From positions 18,414,001-18,478,000 of the forward strand of contig NC_042998.1 of the NCBI RefSeq assembly GCF_006345805.1: 64,000 nucleotides of DNA. Reading direction: 5' to 3'. This document shows, one piece after another, positions 25,941 to 38,164 of the stretch (position 1 is its first letter; the number at the start of each line of letters is the position of its first letter). The stretch comes from Octopus sinensis (lineage: Eukaryota). A program made the position numbers and the translations under genes. A model generated the notes under the pieces. It worked only from the letters and a program-made list of their open reading frames with translations. It did no database searches and was not told the DNA's origin.

Positions 25941-26547
25941 GTGTGTGTGTGTGTGTGTGTACGTGCACTTGTAGTCACGCACGCATGCATACATAAGTAC
26001 ATATAGATACGTATCATTTGCATGCATAAAAATCAGAAGCCATGAGTGAACATGTATTGATGTACACGCAAACACATGACTTTATTATTAAATAATAGAC
26101 GGCTTGGAGCATTTAATTCATGTTGGACTACCAGTGGTAATTTTGCCATACATGTCACTAAAATTCAGATGCTGATTACTTATTCACCTTCCACCAGGTA
26201 GCAATACATTCTGAGAATGGTGCTGTGATCAGCTTAATCGATTCCTTCTGTTGTTGGGTACCCGAAAGGTTAAAATGCAATATGAACAGCTGAAAGGACG
26301 TAACTAAATATCACAAGGCGTTTAGCCTCAGGTTCTACTAAAGGTGATATTCACTCATGCAGTTATCAATATTTATGTTTTAAACATTACTGAAAAATGC
26401 TATGCGTTTTCATGTCAAGTATTCGTGAAATAAATGCAGTTCACTATTTACAAAGTGCTCTCACTGTATGTCAAAAGTGAGGAATAGCTTTGTATCATTC
26501 TACGTCAAAAACGATGCACGGTGTCGTACCTCGTCTTAGGAATTATA

Positions 26548-28468
26548 TTGGGTTGTCCGGAAAGTTCGTGCCGATTTTTAAAGGAAAGACAAAGGTCAAT
26601 AATTACTTGCCATTACATTTTTAACCAGCCAAATATGAACCATTTTGTAGCACAATGCGTCTCTATCTTTCCTTTAACTTGAAAATACCCTCTTCTCGGA
26701 ATTGAGGTGGTTTCATGGCAAAGAATTCATCACGGTATCTTTTTACGTCATCCAATGAAATGAAATTTTTACCATTAAGATCATTCTGCAGAGACCTGAA
26801 TAAGTGCAAATCCGAAGGAGCAATATCTGGTGAATATGGAGGGTGGGGTAACACATCCCAGCCGAGTTGTAGCAATTTTTGTCTGGTTCCCAAAACATCA
26901 AGTGCCGAAAATGAACTTTCTTATCTTCCATTTTAAAGGGTTACACCATTAACACAGGTTATATGAACGTAAACCTTCTTCCACGAAAATATATGTTAAA
27001 CTGTGCTCTAAATGGAGGTGTAGTCAAATCCTATTTTATGGACTCAAACATCGGATCTTTTCTGTTTGATGGACGGAATTTTCTAGTTAACTAAACAATT
27101 TGAAACTTCGTATACTGGTAGAATGTGTCAAAAGAAAACATTATTGTAAACAAAATTGAAAACAAAATTGTAATTCGTAACTTTAACGTAGGTTAATTTT
27201 ACGAATTTTAACCAATGAAATCGCAGCATTCGATCTCAAATTATTTACTGCGTCTACAAACTCACACGCACACGTCTTATTCATCCTTGTCTCTTCTGTC
27301 TTCTGTCTTCTACATGTGCTAGAAGTAACAGCTATATCTCTTAAATCGATGAATTTCGTCGACCAATAAAAATATTAACGATATTTTTTGAATATTTTCT
27401 TTAATTTCTTTTACCGAAAAGGCTTCTCCCATGGTTTTGAAGGGCCAGAAACAACAAAAAGAAAACAATAATATGCCTAAATCGGTCTCGAGTTTGCGCG
27501 TGGAGTGTGAGTAGTATTGTAAAAATTTGCGAAATATTTTTTCATAAAAGGATGCCCCAGCTTGTCGGAAGCTGTGATATAAATTGGGAAAATGCTCGAC
27601 ACCAGTGCGTAATTGGTACTTATTTTATCGACCCCGAAACGATGAAACATTGACCACACGCCCTCTGGTTTATTTACCTTTTGTACAAATTTGTTGCGGC
27701 AAGTGGCAAAACACGAACGTGTATGTATGCTTGTGTGCGTATGTGTGTGTGTATGTATATGTCCGTTTGTATTTGTGTGTACGCTTATATATTAATTACT
27801 ATGTGCTGGTGCAAATGTATATGCATGTGTTTGAGAGAGAGGGAGAGAGAGAGAGTGTGTGTGTGTGTGTGTGTGTCGTGCGTCTGCTATATTTCTTTAT
27901 CAATATCGATAACGCAGCAATGCTGGGATTTCATTGGTTAAAATTCGAAGATGTTGGGATTTCATTGGTTAAAATTCGTAAAATTAAACTACGTTTAAGT
28001 TACAAATTACAATTTTGTTTTCAATTTTGTTTACAATAATGTTTTCTTTTGACACATTCTACCAGTATACGAAGTTTCAAATTTTTTAGTTAACTAGAAA
28101 ATTCTGTCCATCAAACAGAAAAGATCCCAGAAGACAGAAGTGATGGATGAATAACACGTGTGCGTGTGTATGTGTGTGTTGTTTACTTAGACGCAGCAAA
28201 TGAATTTAGGTCAAATGCTGGGATTTCATTGGTTAAAATTCGAAGAATTAAACTACGTAAAAGTTACAAGTTACAAAATACAATTTTCTCAAAAAATCTA
28301 GTTGAAATTAATGTTTTCTTTTGACACATTCTACCGGTATACGAAGTTTCAAATTGTTTAGTTAACTAAAAAATTCTGTCCATCTTTTAGAAAAGATCCC
28401 AAACATGTTCTAAAATAAGTCGAAAGGTAAGCTACTATAAATCGGCACGAAGTTTCCGGACAACTCAA
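26548..28468 (-). mobile_element. Non-autonomous mariner deletion derivative interrupted by a TIR element
   Basis: TIRs TTGGGTTGTCCGGAAAGTTCGTGCCGATTT with TA TSD. Transposase C-terminus WDVLPHPPYSPDIAPSD is fused to the N-terminus MEDKKVHFRHLM. Confidence 0.92.
27053..28399. mobile_element. Unclassified DNA transposon with ~260-bp TIRs and a duplicated right end
   Basis: GGATCTTTTCTG...GAAAAGATCC ends. Target duplication caaacat(c/g) at 27045-27052 and 28400-28407. Extra internal right end at 27913-28127. Confidence 0.85.
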
Positions 28469-28763
28469 TACTTTAGTGAAATTGCTGATACTCGTAAAAT
28501 ATTAACAGAATCCTTGACACCTCGTTGTTTATATATTGGTTCAATGAAAGTTAGTTAATATATAATTATGTTTCAAGGGAATTTGAACACGTGGATAACT
28601 GTCTGCCCGATGACGCTTGTAATTCGAATTCGCTTAGTTTGATTTTGTTCCCAATCTTAGTTCTTCTAATTCACATTGTTCTTTAACTTGTTACAGAATC
28701 ATTACATCCCAGCTATATCCTCATATTGTTTAAACGCGTCAGTACTTTTCTAAATTATAGCAT

Positions 28764-29236
28764 AAGATCTGGTCATCAAATCTAAGTAGAGACTTCAAAC
28801 TTGAAATCTTCAGAGCCACAGTCGAACGAATTCTACTATACGGATCAGAAACCTGGACGTTATCAAAGAAGCTTGAGAGGCGGTTGGATGGAACCTACAC
28901 TCGCCTCCTTATATGAGAGCTCAAAATCTCTCGTGGAAGCGTCATCCAACCAAAATGCAAATATATGGGAAACTACCACCTGTGTCATCTCTTGTGAAAG
29001 GTAGGAGAGTCCAGTTTGCTGGACATTGTTGTAGAGCTGAAAACGAGGTAATTTCTACTCTGGAAGTCATCTACTCGCAATACCAGAGGGCGCACACTCT
29101 CCTACCCTGATGTAATCTCCAGGGATACAGGCATCCAGCAACAGGACCTCCGTAATGCTATGATGGACCGTGAAGTCTGGCGTAGCATGGTAAATTCCAT
29201 TGTCTCGACCACGGTCGGACAATGATGATGATGATG
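28764..29236 (+). mobile_element. RTE-clade LINE 3' end with (TGA)n tail
   Basis: FRATVERILLYGSETWTLSKKLERRLDGTYTRLL/RAQNLSW...FAGHCCRA...MMDREVWR, with frameshifts. Confidence 0.88.
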
Positions 29237-30323
29237 AAATCATAGCGAAATCTAAAGCTGGAGAAACCGTGAGGGCAATACTATCAATTGAACACATGAC
29301 TATATGCAGAAAATAACAAACAAAAAAACAGTTACGACGGATTAAGTTATACCAGTTCAGATTAGTTTAGCTTACTCTAATTCCGTAAATAAATAATAAA
29401 GAATGTTAGAATCTGTGTTCAGAAAGCTGATAAGAATATTTATACAGCAGATCCTCCCAAAATACCAAAATAGGTTAGGTAGGTAATTTCCAGCTGGAAA
29501 CAAAAATGTAATTAAAAAGAATATATTTGCTATGAATCATGAAAATACGAAGCTATTAAAATGTTAATTCAATACGGATGCAGTTTCATTGAGGTAAAGA
29601 GGAAAATTAAATGTTAACATGATAATATTCCGTTATAAATAAAACATATGTGACATTAATTTCCTGGAGATAAGGGATTTTAAGCATACACAACATAACC
29701 CTTGGTTACAAGCATCTATAGTTCAAGAGGATAAAGGTTTCAAAAAATAACACAAGTAATTTTCTTAGATCATTTTACTGCAACTCACATCTGTCTGAAA
29801 TTAATTCTTAGCATACACACATACTGATTAGATATTTTTAACAAAATATAAGAATTCTAGCTTTCAAAGTGCTTTTCTTTCGTTGTACATGCCTTTTATA
29901 ATATCGCATGTTCAAGGGGCTAATTTGTTGACCAAAAACACTACGTGAGTGGGTTCGATTCAACGACCGACCAAAACGTTGTGTATTTGAGAGAAGCACT
30001 TAATTTTATCTATGTATTTTACTCAGCTGAAATGCCTACAAACTGAGGGCAGTGCAGATTCCTTTTTCTTAAACAGCTACATTCTGGGCGTTGCGCAAAA
30101 TCAAGAATAGGCTGGCCGAGAGAGTGGAAATGTTTGCTTACGATTACATAAAACAATTATTGAAAGCACGATACATATTCCCATGCCATATTCGCTAGCA
30201 TGTGACTGCTAGAATACATTCCATACGTGTTTCTAAGCCTATGTAATAATTATGCAGCAGTCGCCTTTGACTGCAAAACTAAGAAAATGGTATAAGATTT
30301 AGTAGCTCCTCATACTGATATGT

Positions 30324-30616
30324 GTGGAGGCACATGGCCTAGCATTTAGAGCAGCGGACTCATACTCGAGCGATCGCTGGTTCGAATCTCAGACCGGGCG
30401 ATGTGTGTGTTTAGAGCGAAACACTTAAGCTCCACACGGCTCCGGCAGAAGATAATGGCGAATTTCTGACGTTTTCGCCACAACTTTCCCTCACTCTTTT
30501 CTCTTGCAGCTTACCTGCGACGGACCGGCGTCCCGTCCAGGTGGGGAACCTATACGCCAAGGAAACCGGGAAACCGGCCCTTATGAGCCAGGCGTGGCTC
30601 GACAAGGAAATACAAA
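30324..30616 (+). mobile_element. SINE: family-B head 1 with a different tail (V-domain-like)
   Basis: 13-bp TSD catactgatatgt (30311-30323, 30617-30629). Tail starts cctgcgacggaccggcgtcccgtccagg. Confidence 0.9.
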
Positions 30617-31360
30617 CATACTGATATGTCCCCTTATTCTACTTTCGTGTAGTTTTTGTTTCCAGTACATCCTACTTTCTTGTTCTAGCTCCAGTCTTTC
30701 TACTTTGCTTTTACATTTTTATTCCTATCATCGGAGCAGGGATATTCTTTCATTTGATCCCTTGTTGTGACTCTCTACAAGAAAACCTGATATCTGAATA
30801 CATAAATGATAAAGAATATATTTCGCATGTTGTATTGGTAAACACACGTGAGCCAAAATAAATTAGTCAATTTAAACTATATAAAACCTCGAATGATTTT
30901 AATAATACTTCAATGAATTACTTAATATTTTTCATGATCAAAAATTTAGTAATTAAATACAATTTGCAATTGTAAATGATGCAGCTATGATAGGAAGTAA
31001 GCAAAGATTTGTATGATTTTATTCAGTTTACTAATTCTCATAATATTTGTTACATTTGAATTAATGTTATTTTATGGATAGGATACCATAAACAAATCTT
31101 CCTTTTTGTTTAATTAAATCAAGAAACGTTTATATTCCTTATCAAGATACAAATTCTCCATAAACAGAACAAAATTTCAATAATTATATTTTATAATCGT
31201 TGAATGTTTTTAGATAGCAAATATAAAACTATTGATTAATTCCTGTTAGTTTGATGCTTAAATATTTTACAGATCATAGGCATTCAATATGCATCAAATG
31301 CTATTTAGATCAAATCAAACATCCTCTTAATGCATTCATTCGTATAGTAATGTTTCTGAT

Positions 31361-31693
31361 GTGGGGGCGCGTGGCTTAGTGGTTAGGGCATTCGGCTCAT
31401 GATCGTAAGGTTGTCAGTTCGATTCCCGGCGACGCGTTGTGTCCTTGAGCAAGACACTTTATTTCACGTTGCTCCAGTCCACTCAGCTGGCAAAAATGAG
31501 TTGTACTTGTATTTCAAAGGGTCAGCCTTGTCACTCTCTGTGTCACGCTGATTATCCCCGAGAACTACGTTAAGGGTACACGTGTCTGTGGAATGCTCAG
31601 CCATTTGCACGTTAATTTCACGAGCAAGCTGTTCCGTTGATCGTATCAGCTGGGACCCTAATCGTCGTAACCGACGGAGTCTTTTTTTTTTTA
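31361..31693 (+). mobile_element. SINE: tRNA + CORE-like head 2 with tail X
   Basis: 12-bp TSD aatgtttctgat (31349-31360, 31694-31705). GTGTCCTTGAGCAAGACACTT motif. Tail shared with 58726-59112. Confidence 0.92.
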
Positions 31694-31714
31694 AATGTTT
31701 CTGATAATGCAAAG

Positions 31715-31850
31715 CGCTATTTGGATAAAACAATTTCCTGGCGCAAATGTGGCAGGTTTTAGGTTCAGTTCCACGGAATGGCACCTGAGGTGTTGTACCA
31801 TAGCCCCCCGGGACGACGAACTCCTTGAGCATGGATTTGATAAACAAAAA
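31715..31850 (+). mobile_element. Old family-C SINE 5' half
   Basis: ggttcagttccac...ggcacc...atagcccc..ggg...ccttgagcatggatttg. Confidence 0.55.
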
Positions 31851-31853
31851 TTA

Positions 31854-32159
31854 ATATGTTTCTTTATTATCCACACAGGGCTGAACACAGACGGGACAAA
31901 TTACAAAGTAGAGCTTTTCGTTTTGGGGAGAAAAAACAAACGATCAATAGGGATCGTGTATCACAGAAATGTCATGGTGTAAAGTGTAAAGGGGGACGCA
32001 GATAAGGTTTATCCGTGGAAAGAAAAGCCTACGGAAAAGACCACGGTAACTTCGGTCAATAATGTCACATGTTAACACATTAATTTGCAAGTAAATAACT
32101 CTCTGTTTTAAATTTTTCGCGTTTCATAGGATTATGCTCAAAGGGGCTTCGTCATTCAT
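31854..32159 (-). mobile_element. Tx1-clade LINE 3' tip (third copy)
   Basis: Last codons MNDEAPLSIIL* plus a 3' UTR homologous to 778-1220. Confidence 0.85.
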
Positions 32160-32187
32160 AAAAAAAAAAATAATAGAAGGCCATCTT

Positions 32188-32507
32188 GCTGAGACACCCT
32201 TCTGTAATGAATGACCATGGGATTGCACCTAGAAAGTTACCCTCTCAAGCACAAGTCCGGGCAAGTCGCCCATGCATACCGGCCTCCCATCTCCACGCCA
32301 CCAGTGATATCCAAGGGAAAGGCAAAGGCCGATACAGCTTGGCACCTGTGACGTCGCAACTCATTTCTACAGCTGAGTGAACTGGAGCAACGTGAAATAA
32401 AGTGTCTTGCTCAAAAACACAACACGCAGCCCGGTCCAGGATTCGAACTCAAAACCTCACGATCGTAAGCTCGACGCTCTAACCACTGAGCCATGCGCCT
32501 TCAATGT
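32188..32507 (-). mobile_element. SINE: CORE-like head 2 with tail Y
   Basis: 11-bp TSD aaggccatctt (32177-32187, 32508-32518). Head as in 31361-31500, unrelated tail. Confidence 0.9.
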
Positions 32508-32544
32508 AAGGCCATCTTATATACGTAAATATCTATATGGGTGA

Positions 32545-32750
32545 GTCTGTGTTTGTCCCCCCCACCACGGCTTGACAACTAGTATCGTTTTGTTTATGTA
32601 CTCGTACCTTAGCAGGTTGGGGAAAAGAGCAACAGAATAAGTGTCAGGCATTACAAAGGAAGTATTGGAGGCGATACTTTCGATTAGAAGCTTTCAAGGA
32701 AGTTGCTAAAGCAGAGCCGTAGTCCACTGACTAAAACAAATATTTGATAA
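32545..32750 (+). mobile_element. Old family-C SINE 3' half
   Basis: gtctgtgtttgtccccc..cttgacaac...ggaaaagagc..agaataagt. Confidence 0.55.
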
Positions 32751-32798
32751 AAGAAGATAAGTTTAACTGGTTTCTATTCGTAGATTTTCGTTCACATT

Positions 32799-32961
32799 GG
32801 CGCAGGAGTAGGTGTGTGGTAAATAGCTTGCTTACGAACTACATGGTTCCGGGTTCAGTCCCACTGCGTGAAACCTTGGGCAAGTGTCTTCTACTATAGC
32901 CTCGGGCTGACCAAAGCCTTGTGAGTGAATTCGGTAGACAGAAACTGAAAGACGTCTGTCC

Positions 32962-32992
<31 letters not shown>

Positions 32993-33165
32993 ACATGTTT
33001 GTGTATTTGTATTTGTGCCCGCCAACATAGTTTGACAACCAATGCTGGTGTGTTTACGTCCCCGTAACTTAGCGGATCGGCAAAAGTGACCGATAGAATA
33101 AGTACTAGGCTTATAAAGAATAAATCCTGAGGGCGATTTGCTCGTCTAAAGTCGGTGCTCCAGCA
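32799..33165 (+). mobile_element. SINE family C, 3'-truncated (left arm of an inverted pair)
   Basis: Full head to ...ggtgctccagca. Confidence 0.9.
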
Positions 33166-33179
33166 CGATAGAATAAGTA

Positions 33180-33489
33180 TAGTGCTTATTCTATCGTTTA
33201 TTTTGCCGAACCGCTGTGTTACGGGGACGTAAACACACCAGCATCGGCTGTCAAGCGATGTTGGGGTGTCAAACACAGACACACAAATATATACACATAC
33301 ATATATATATATATATACATACATACGATGGGCTTCTTTCAGTTTCCTTCTTCCAAATCCATTCACAAGGCTTTGGTCAGCCCGAGGCTATAGTAGAAGA
33401 CACTTGCCCATGGTGCCAATGCAGTAGGACTGAACCCGGAACCATGTGGTTGGTAAGCAAGCTACCTACCACACAGCCACTCCTGCGCC
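33180..33489 (-). mobile_element. SINE family C, 3'-truncated (right arm of an inverted pair)
   Basis: Head ends gcgcc at 33489. Confidence 0.9.
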
Positions 33490-34342
33490 TAAAATTTTAA
33501 AAGTCACATCCACACCACCAATATCGTTCCTGAAAAAAAATACTACAAACCTATTAGAAATAACCATTGAATTTCATTCACATCACAAACAAATCATTTA
33601 AAACCGATAAAAGACAATATTCGATAGTGTAGGCTTAGATATAACACGTAAGACTAAAAATGAGAGATGTTTTTTTTTTCCATGGATCTGTTTTCGACTC
33701 GCTGAAGATTAACAACGTTGTAAACAAGAATAACAAAGGTAAACAAAATTGTATACGTGCGGTACTTATAGCGAAGCGGGAAGTCACGTCTGTTACGTAT
33801 TTTACATTCCGCGTTGAAGAGAATTAACTTCAGCTATTTACGCTTATTATATACGCTTGAGAAAAAAAATACACGAACAGGAACGATACAATTTCACATT
33901 TCCTGTTTATTCTTAAATATAAAACATATGTGCATGGTCTACTGTTTAGAAAGTAATTTGAATATGAACCACCTTTTATTTATTTATTTATTTATTTATT
34001 TGTTTATTTGTTTATTTACTTTACATTCGTCTTCCAACTCAACTCATCATACCTATCAAACCCCGATCGTCTTCTAGATACATATTGTATACATATATTT
34101 GGTTTAGAGAAGTGTTTCTTAAACAGCGTGTAACACACGTTTTGGGTAGTTACAGAAGTTTTGTGGGGAGAATATAAATGAAAATAACACACGTATTTCC
34201 CGTCCATAACACAGTATAAATCTAATGCAACGAAGGTAGGCTATTTCTGATGTTACAAGTTCAACAAGAGGCATTTTAGTGCCAGGAGTTGAATGACACT
34301 ACTCTGGAAATTGCAGGAAAAAATAAAATATTTACCCTCATA

Positions 34343-34513
34343 CGCGCAGGCATGGCTGCGTGGTAAGAAGCTTGCTACCCAACCACATGGTTCCGGCTTC
34401 AGTCTCACTGCGTGGCATTTTGGGCAATTGTCTTCTACTATAGACTCGGGCACACCAAAGCCCTGTGAAGGGATTTGGTAGACGGAAACTGAAAGAGGCC
34501 CGTCGCATATATA

Positions 34514-34564
<51 letters not shown>

Positions 34565-34793
34565 TGTTTGTGTGTTTATGTGTGTGTCTGTTTGTTCTCC
34601 CCACTTCCACCGCTTGGCAACCGGTGCTGGTGCGTTTATGTTCCCGTAACTTAACAGTTCGGCAAAAGAGATCGATAGTATAAGTACCAGACTGAAAAAT
34701 AAAGTACTGGGGTCGATACATTCGATTATATATTCTTCAAGACCGTGCCCCAACATGGCCACAGTCACATGACTGAAACAAGTAAAAGAGTAA
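34343..34793 (+). mobile_element. SINE family C, full length, diverged
   Basis: All modules plus the gactgaaacaagtaaaagag tail. Confidence 0.9.
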
Positions 34794-35577
34794 CTGAAAT
34801 TTTCAAACAGCAAACACTCTGATAATGTAGTTCCGGTTGTTCACACCAGAGGCGCTCTAACATCTCTGAACAGATGCAACGTCACCCCATGACAACCCCG
34901 CCTTGTTTCATATATCTGGGACAACATGTCCTTGTTTCAAATCAGTAGGGTGGAGTCGAAGAAGAATTGCTTAGCTTTTCTTCTATTCTTCAGATTGTTC
35001 GAACGATTTGAAGAATTATATATATAAGGAAATATTTCAATAACATGATTTGAAAACAGCTATTCAGAACTGATAATAGACAACGTTAATAGACCGAAAC
35101 GTAGAGCTATTGTCAACGCAGCACATAGAAATTATTTAGTTATATAAGTTGGATAATATCGCTAATGAAAAGTATAAAAAAGAGAAATGATCTGATACTA
35201 TAAATTAGCTAAATTGATTGTTCTTGTTTCTATCAATATGATAAATTCAGAATAGTAAAACTGATGATCTTGCGCTCTATTGTTCAATATTTCAAAAAAT
35301 CAATAATCTGGTGAACTCTATCTCTTCTCTCTTAAACGTAATTTCATAATTTATAAATGATGCCAGTCATACAATATGATAGATAAGCTTTATACTCACA
35401 CAGCAGTTTTTCTTTGGTAGCTGAAAAAAGATTGAAAAGAATATTATTATCATCATCGAAATCATCGTTATTAACATCAATATCAAAACTATTTAAAATC
35501 ATCATCATCGTCATCATTAACATCAAAACTAAAAAAACATCATCATCATCATTATTATTAGTATTATTATTATTATT

Positions 35578-35766
35578 GTTCAGTAGCTTTATTTTTTATA
35601 GCGTGCTTTCACTTCCCTACCGAGCGCAGCTCTGTGTGCATTGGGTATGTGCTGTGGTTTGTTGTGATGCTCTGATGGTTATTGTATTGAAAGTGTTCTG
35701 CGTAGGATGTGTGCAGTGCCCAGTAGTGCAATTTTCTGTATGTTATATGTGCTTGTAAGTCCTGGT
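35578..35766 (-). mobile_element. R4/Dong-type LINE 3' tip (family 1)
   Basis: PGLTSTYNIQKIALLGTAHILRRTLSIQ* (stop 35679-81), short UTR, (TAA)n tail. TAT arrays on both sides. Confidence 0.85.
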
Positions 35767-35806
35767 GTTTTATTATTATTATTATTATTATCATTATTAT
35801 TATTAT

Positions 35807-36102
35807 TGAGTGAGAAAGTGCATGCTATCAAAGTGACACTGTGATAAAATAACTACCCGTCTGATAAGGGTACACTAGGCACATGCATCACAACCAAATG
35901 TGCGCGACATGGTGATCTCATATCAAGATAAATAGCGCATATCCTTGCAGGTGAGGCCCAGTTAGAATATTCTTCTGGTCGAGTAGCCCATCCCGCTCAA
36001 AAGGTCCATGAATAAGGATTGTTTAAGGATGTTGAACGAACCACCCATGTTTCCGATGATGAATTATCAAAACCTACAAGAATTCCTTTCAACACACACG
36101 GC
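35807..36102 (-). mobile_element. Family D, 5'-truncated copy
   Basis: Homologous to 20331-20620. TAT repeats on both sides. Confidence 0.85.
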
Positions 36103-36118
36103 TTATTATTATTATTAT

Positions 36119-36993
36119 TTTGTGTTTGACTTTTGCTTTACATTTGTACAAGTTAGCTGCAAGTCTCACCCAAAGACTTCAAGAGCCAACAAGTTAGAAG
36201 TTCATGTTCGTGTTATGCCTAGGGCGTCATATGTTTGGTTTTGCACAAAGTATTGTTCTAGAGAATGTTTAAGAAAACATGAATATTATGAGTTTCTTTT
36301 AAAGTTTGATATTGCATCGACAGTATTTTACGTAGCATATGGGCAGTTCTCATGACCACTATCTTTTGAATTTCTGCCATTTGTGGGGTTTCCTGGTATG
36401 AGAGCTAGGTAGCACTCAGCCACTTTTGCTATCATTACTAGGGCACCTGTGACAACAGGCATTGTTTTAATCCTCAGGTTCCACATTTTGCCAATTTCTA
36501 TTTCAAGATCTTTATATTCGCTCAGTTTTTGGTAGGTCTTGACAGATACGTTTATATCGATTGGGACAATCATATCAATGAGGAGACAAGATTTCTGTCT
36601 GAAGAATTTTCAATATAATGCCTGGCCTATTTGCATCTATCTTTCTGTCAGTTTGAATGGTGAAGTTCCAGTAGAGTGAGATGCGATCATGTTCAAGCAC
36701 TAGAGGGTTTTTTGTTTCCACCAGTTTTTTTATCATGGGACAGGTCCACGTTTTTGCAAATCACCCAGTGAATATATTGTGCAGCTGTATCATGCCTATT
36801 GAGATACTCTGTAGGCGCAAGAAGACTACACATAGTGACAATATGATCAAAGGTTTCATTTTGTTGTTGACATACACATGTTGGGAAGCTGTTGTTCTTT
36901 AATATGTTGGCCTGTTAGTTTCTTTTAGGTAGGCATTGATCTTGAACTGCTATGATAAACCCTTCTGAATTTAAGCTAGAAGACATCAACTAT
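36119..36993 (-). mobile_element. R4/Dong-type LINE 3' fragment (zinc knuckle plus restriction-like endonuclease), family 2
   Basis: EGFIIAVQDQ...ETFDHIV..C..LAPTEYLNRHD...YWNFTIQTDRKIDANRP...LIDMIVP...YKDLEIEIGKMW...EIQKIV...TAHMLRKIL, with stops and frameshifts. (TAA)n tail at 36103-36118. Confidence 0.9.
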
Positions 36994-37039
36994 TAATGTG
37001 TAAGGGCTTTGTCAACGTCGGCATTATTAGCTCTATTTC

Positions 37040-37081
37040 TTCTTCTTCTTATTATTATTATTATTATTATTACCATTATTA

Positions 37082-37112
<31 letters not shown>

Positions 37113-37228
37113 CATTATTATTATTATTACCATTATTATCATCATTATTATTATTATTATTATTATCATTATTATCATCATTATTATTATAATTATTATT
37201 ATTATTATTAGTAGTAGTAGTAGTGGTG

Positions 37229-37297
<69 letters not shown>

Positions 37298-37310
37298 TCT
37301 TCATCATCAT
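37040..37310. repeat. (TCT)(TAT/CAT)n(TAG/TGG)n compound array
   Basis: Direct reading. Confidence 0.96.
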
Positions 37311-38164
37311 CTTTACATATAATTAAGCAAGTGAGGGCAATTTTCTTCGCAACAAGTAGCTTGCTGACTCCATGTACCTACAAACACTATGATCCTTCCA
37401 CTCCCTAATAAACAAGCTGTTTGTGTTTGTGCCGTATTGATTTCAATACCCAGCTTCTACACCCTCCTTCTGCACGAGTAGGCATCACCGTCTGTGGGAC
37501 AAATACGCTCACAGTGATCATCGAACCCCAAGGTATTTTCAAGAACTATCAAAGTGAGAGCGTAAAAAAAATTGGCCGTGTTTGTGGCCGTGCTCGTGGC
37601 CGTTGCAGTGCTTGTCGTGGAGACGGTCGTACTCGTGTGCCATCTTGCCTGAGGAATACAAAGGCAAGGAAGAATGTAATTCCTCTAAACTTGATCTGAG
37701 TTTTTATAAACCCTTGCAGAAAGCGTTAATGAAAGCCTGGCTGAAAGGTGTCTTAACAGACATAGAGGATTTATTAGTGTGAATCTGGACGTCAGAATTG
37801 CTGAATTATTATGAACGCAGAGAAAAATAATGTTCCGTACTCACGCTTATATACTTATCGTACGATACATGGATGGACACAATATAACAGTAAGAAAACA
37901 CGAGGTTAGTATTAATGTGATAAGATATGACATGTGGTTATATAAGAGCTGTATACACAAGCAAGTCGTAATGAACTTCGAAGACCATCAAATGAGATAT
38001 GACGAAGGAATACCATACCGACGTTTCAGAGAAAAAAGCAGAAGTAGAGGTACGAGGTGGAAAAAAACAGTTGTTCCGTGTGTAGCTGTACACGCATCAC
38101 CCACCAAACACACACACACACTACGTGTGCACACACACACTAACACATATATACACACATCTTT

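Noticed and set aside
35064-35110. CTGATAA...GACCGAAACGTA, hammerhead-like
   Set aside because: G8A without the C3U partner, stem II 5' strand mismatched and no stem I; at most a heavily decayed copy.
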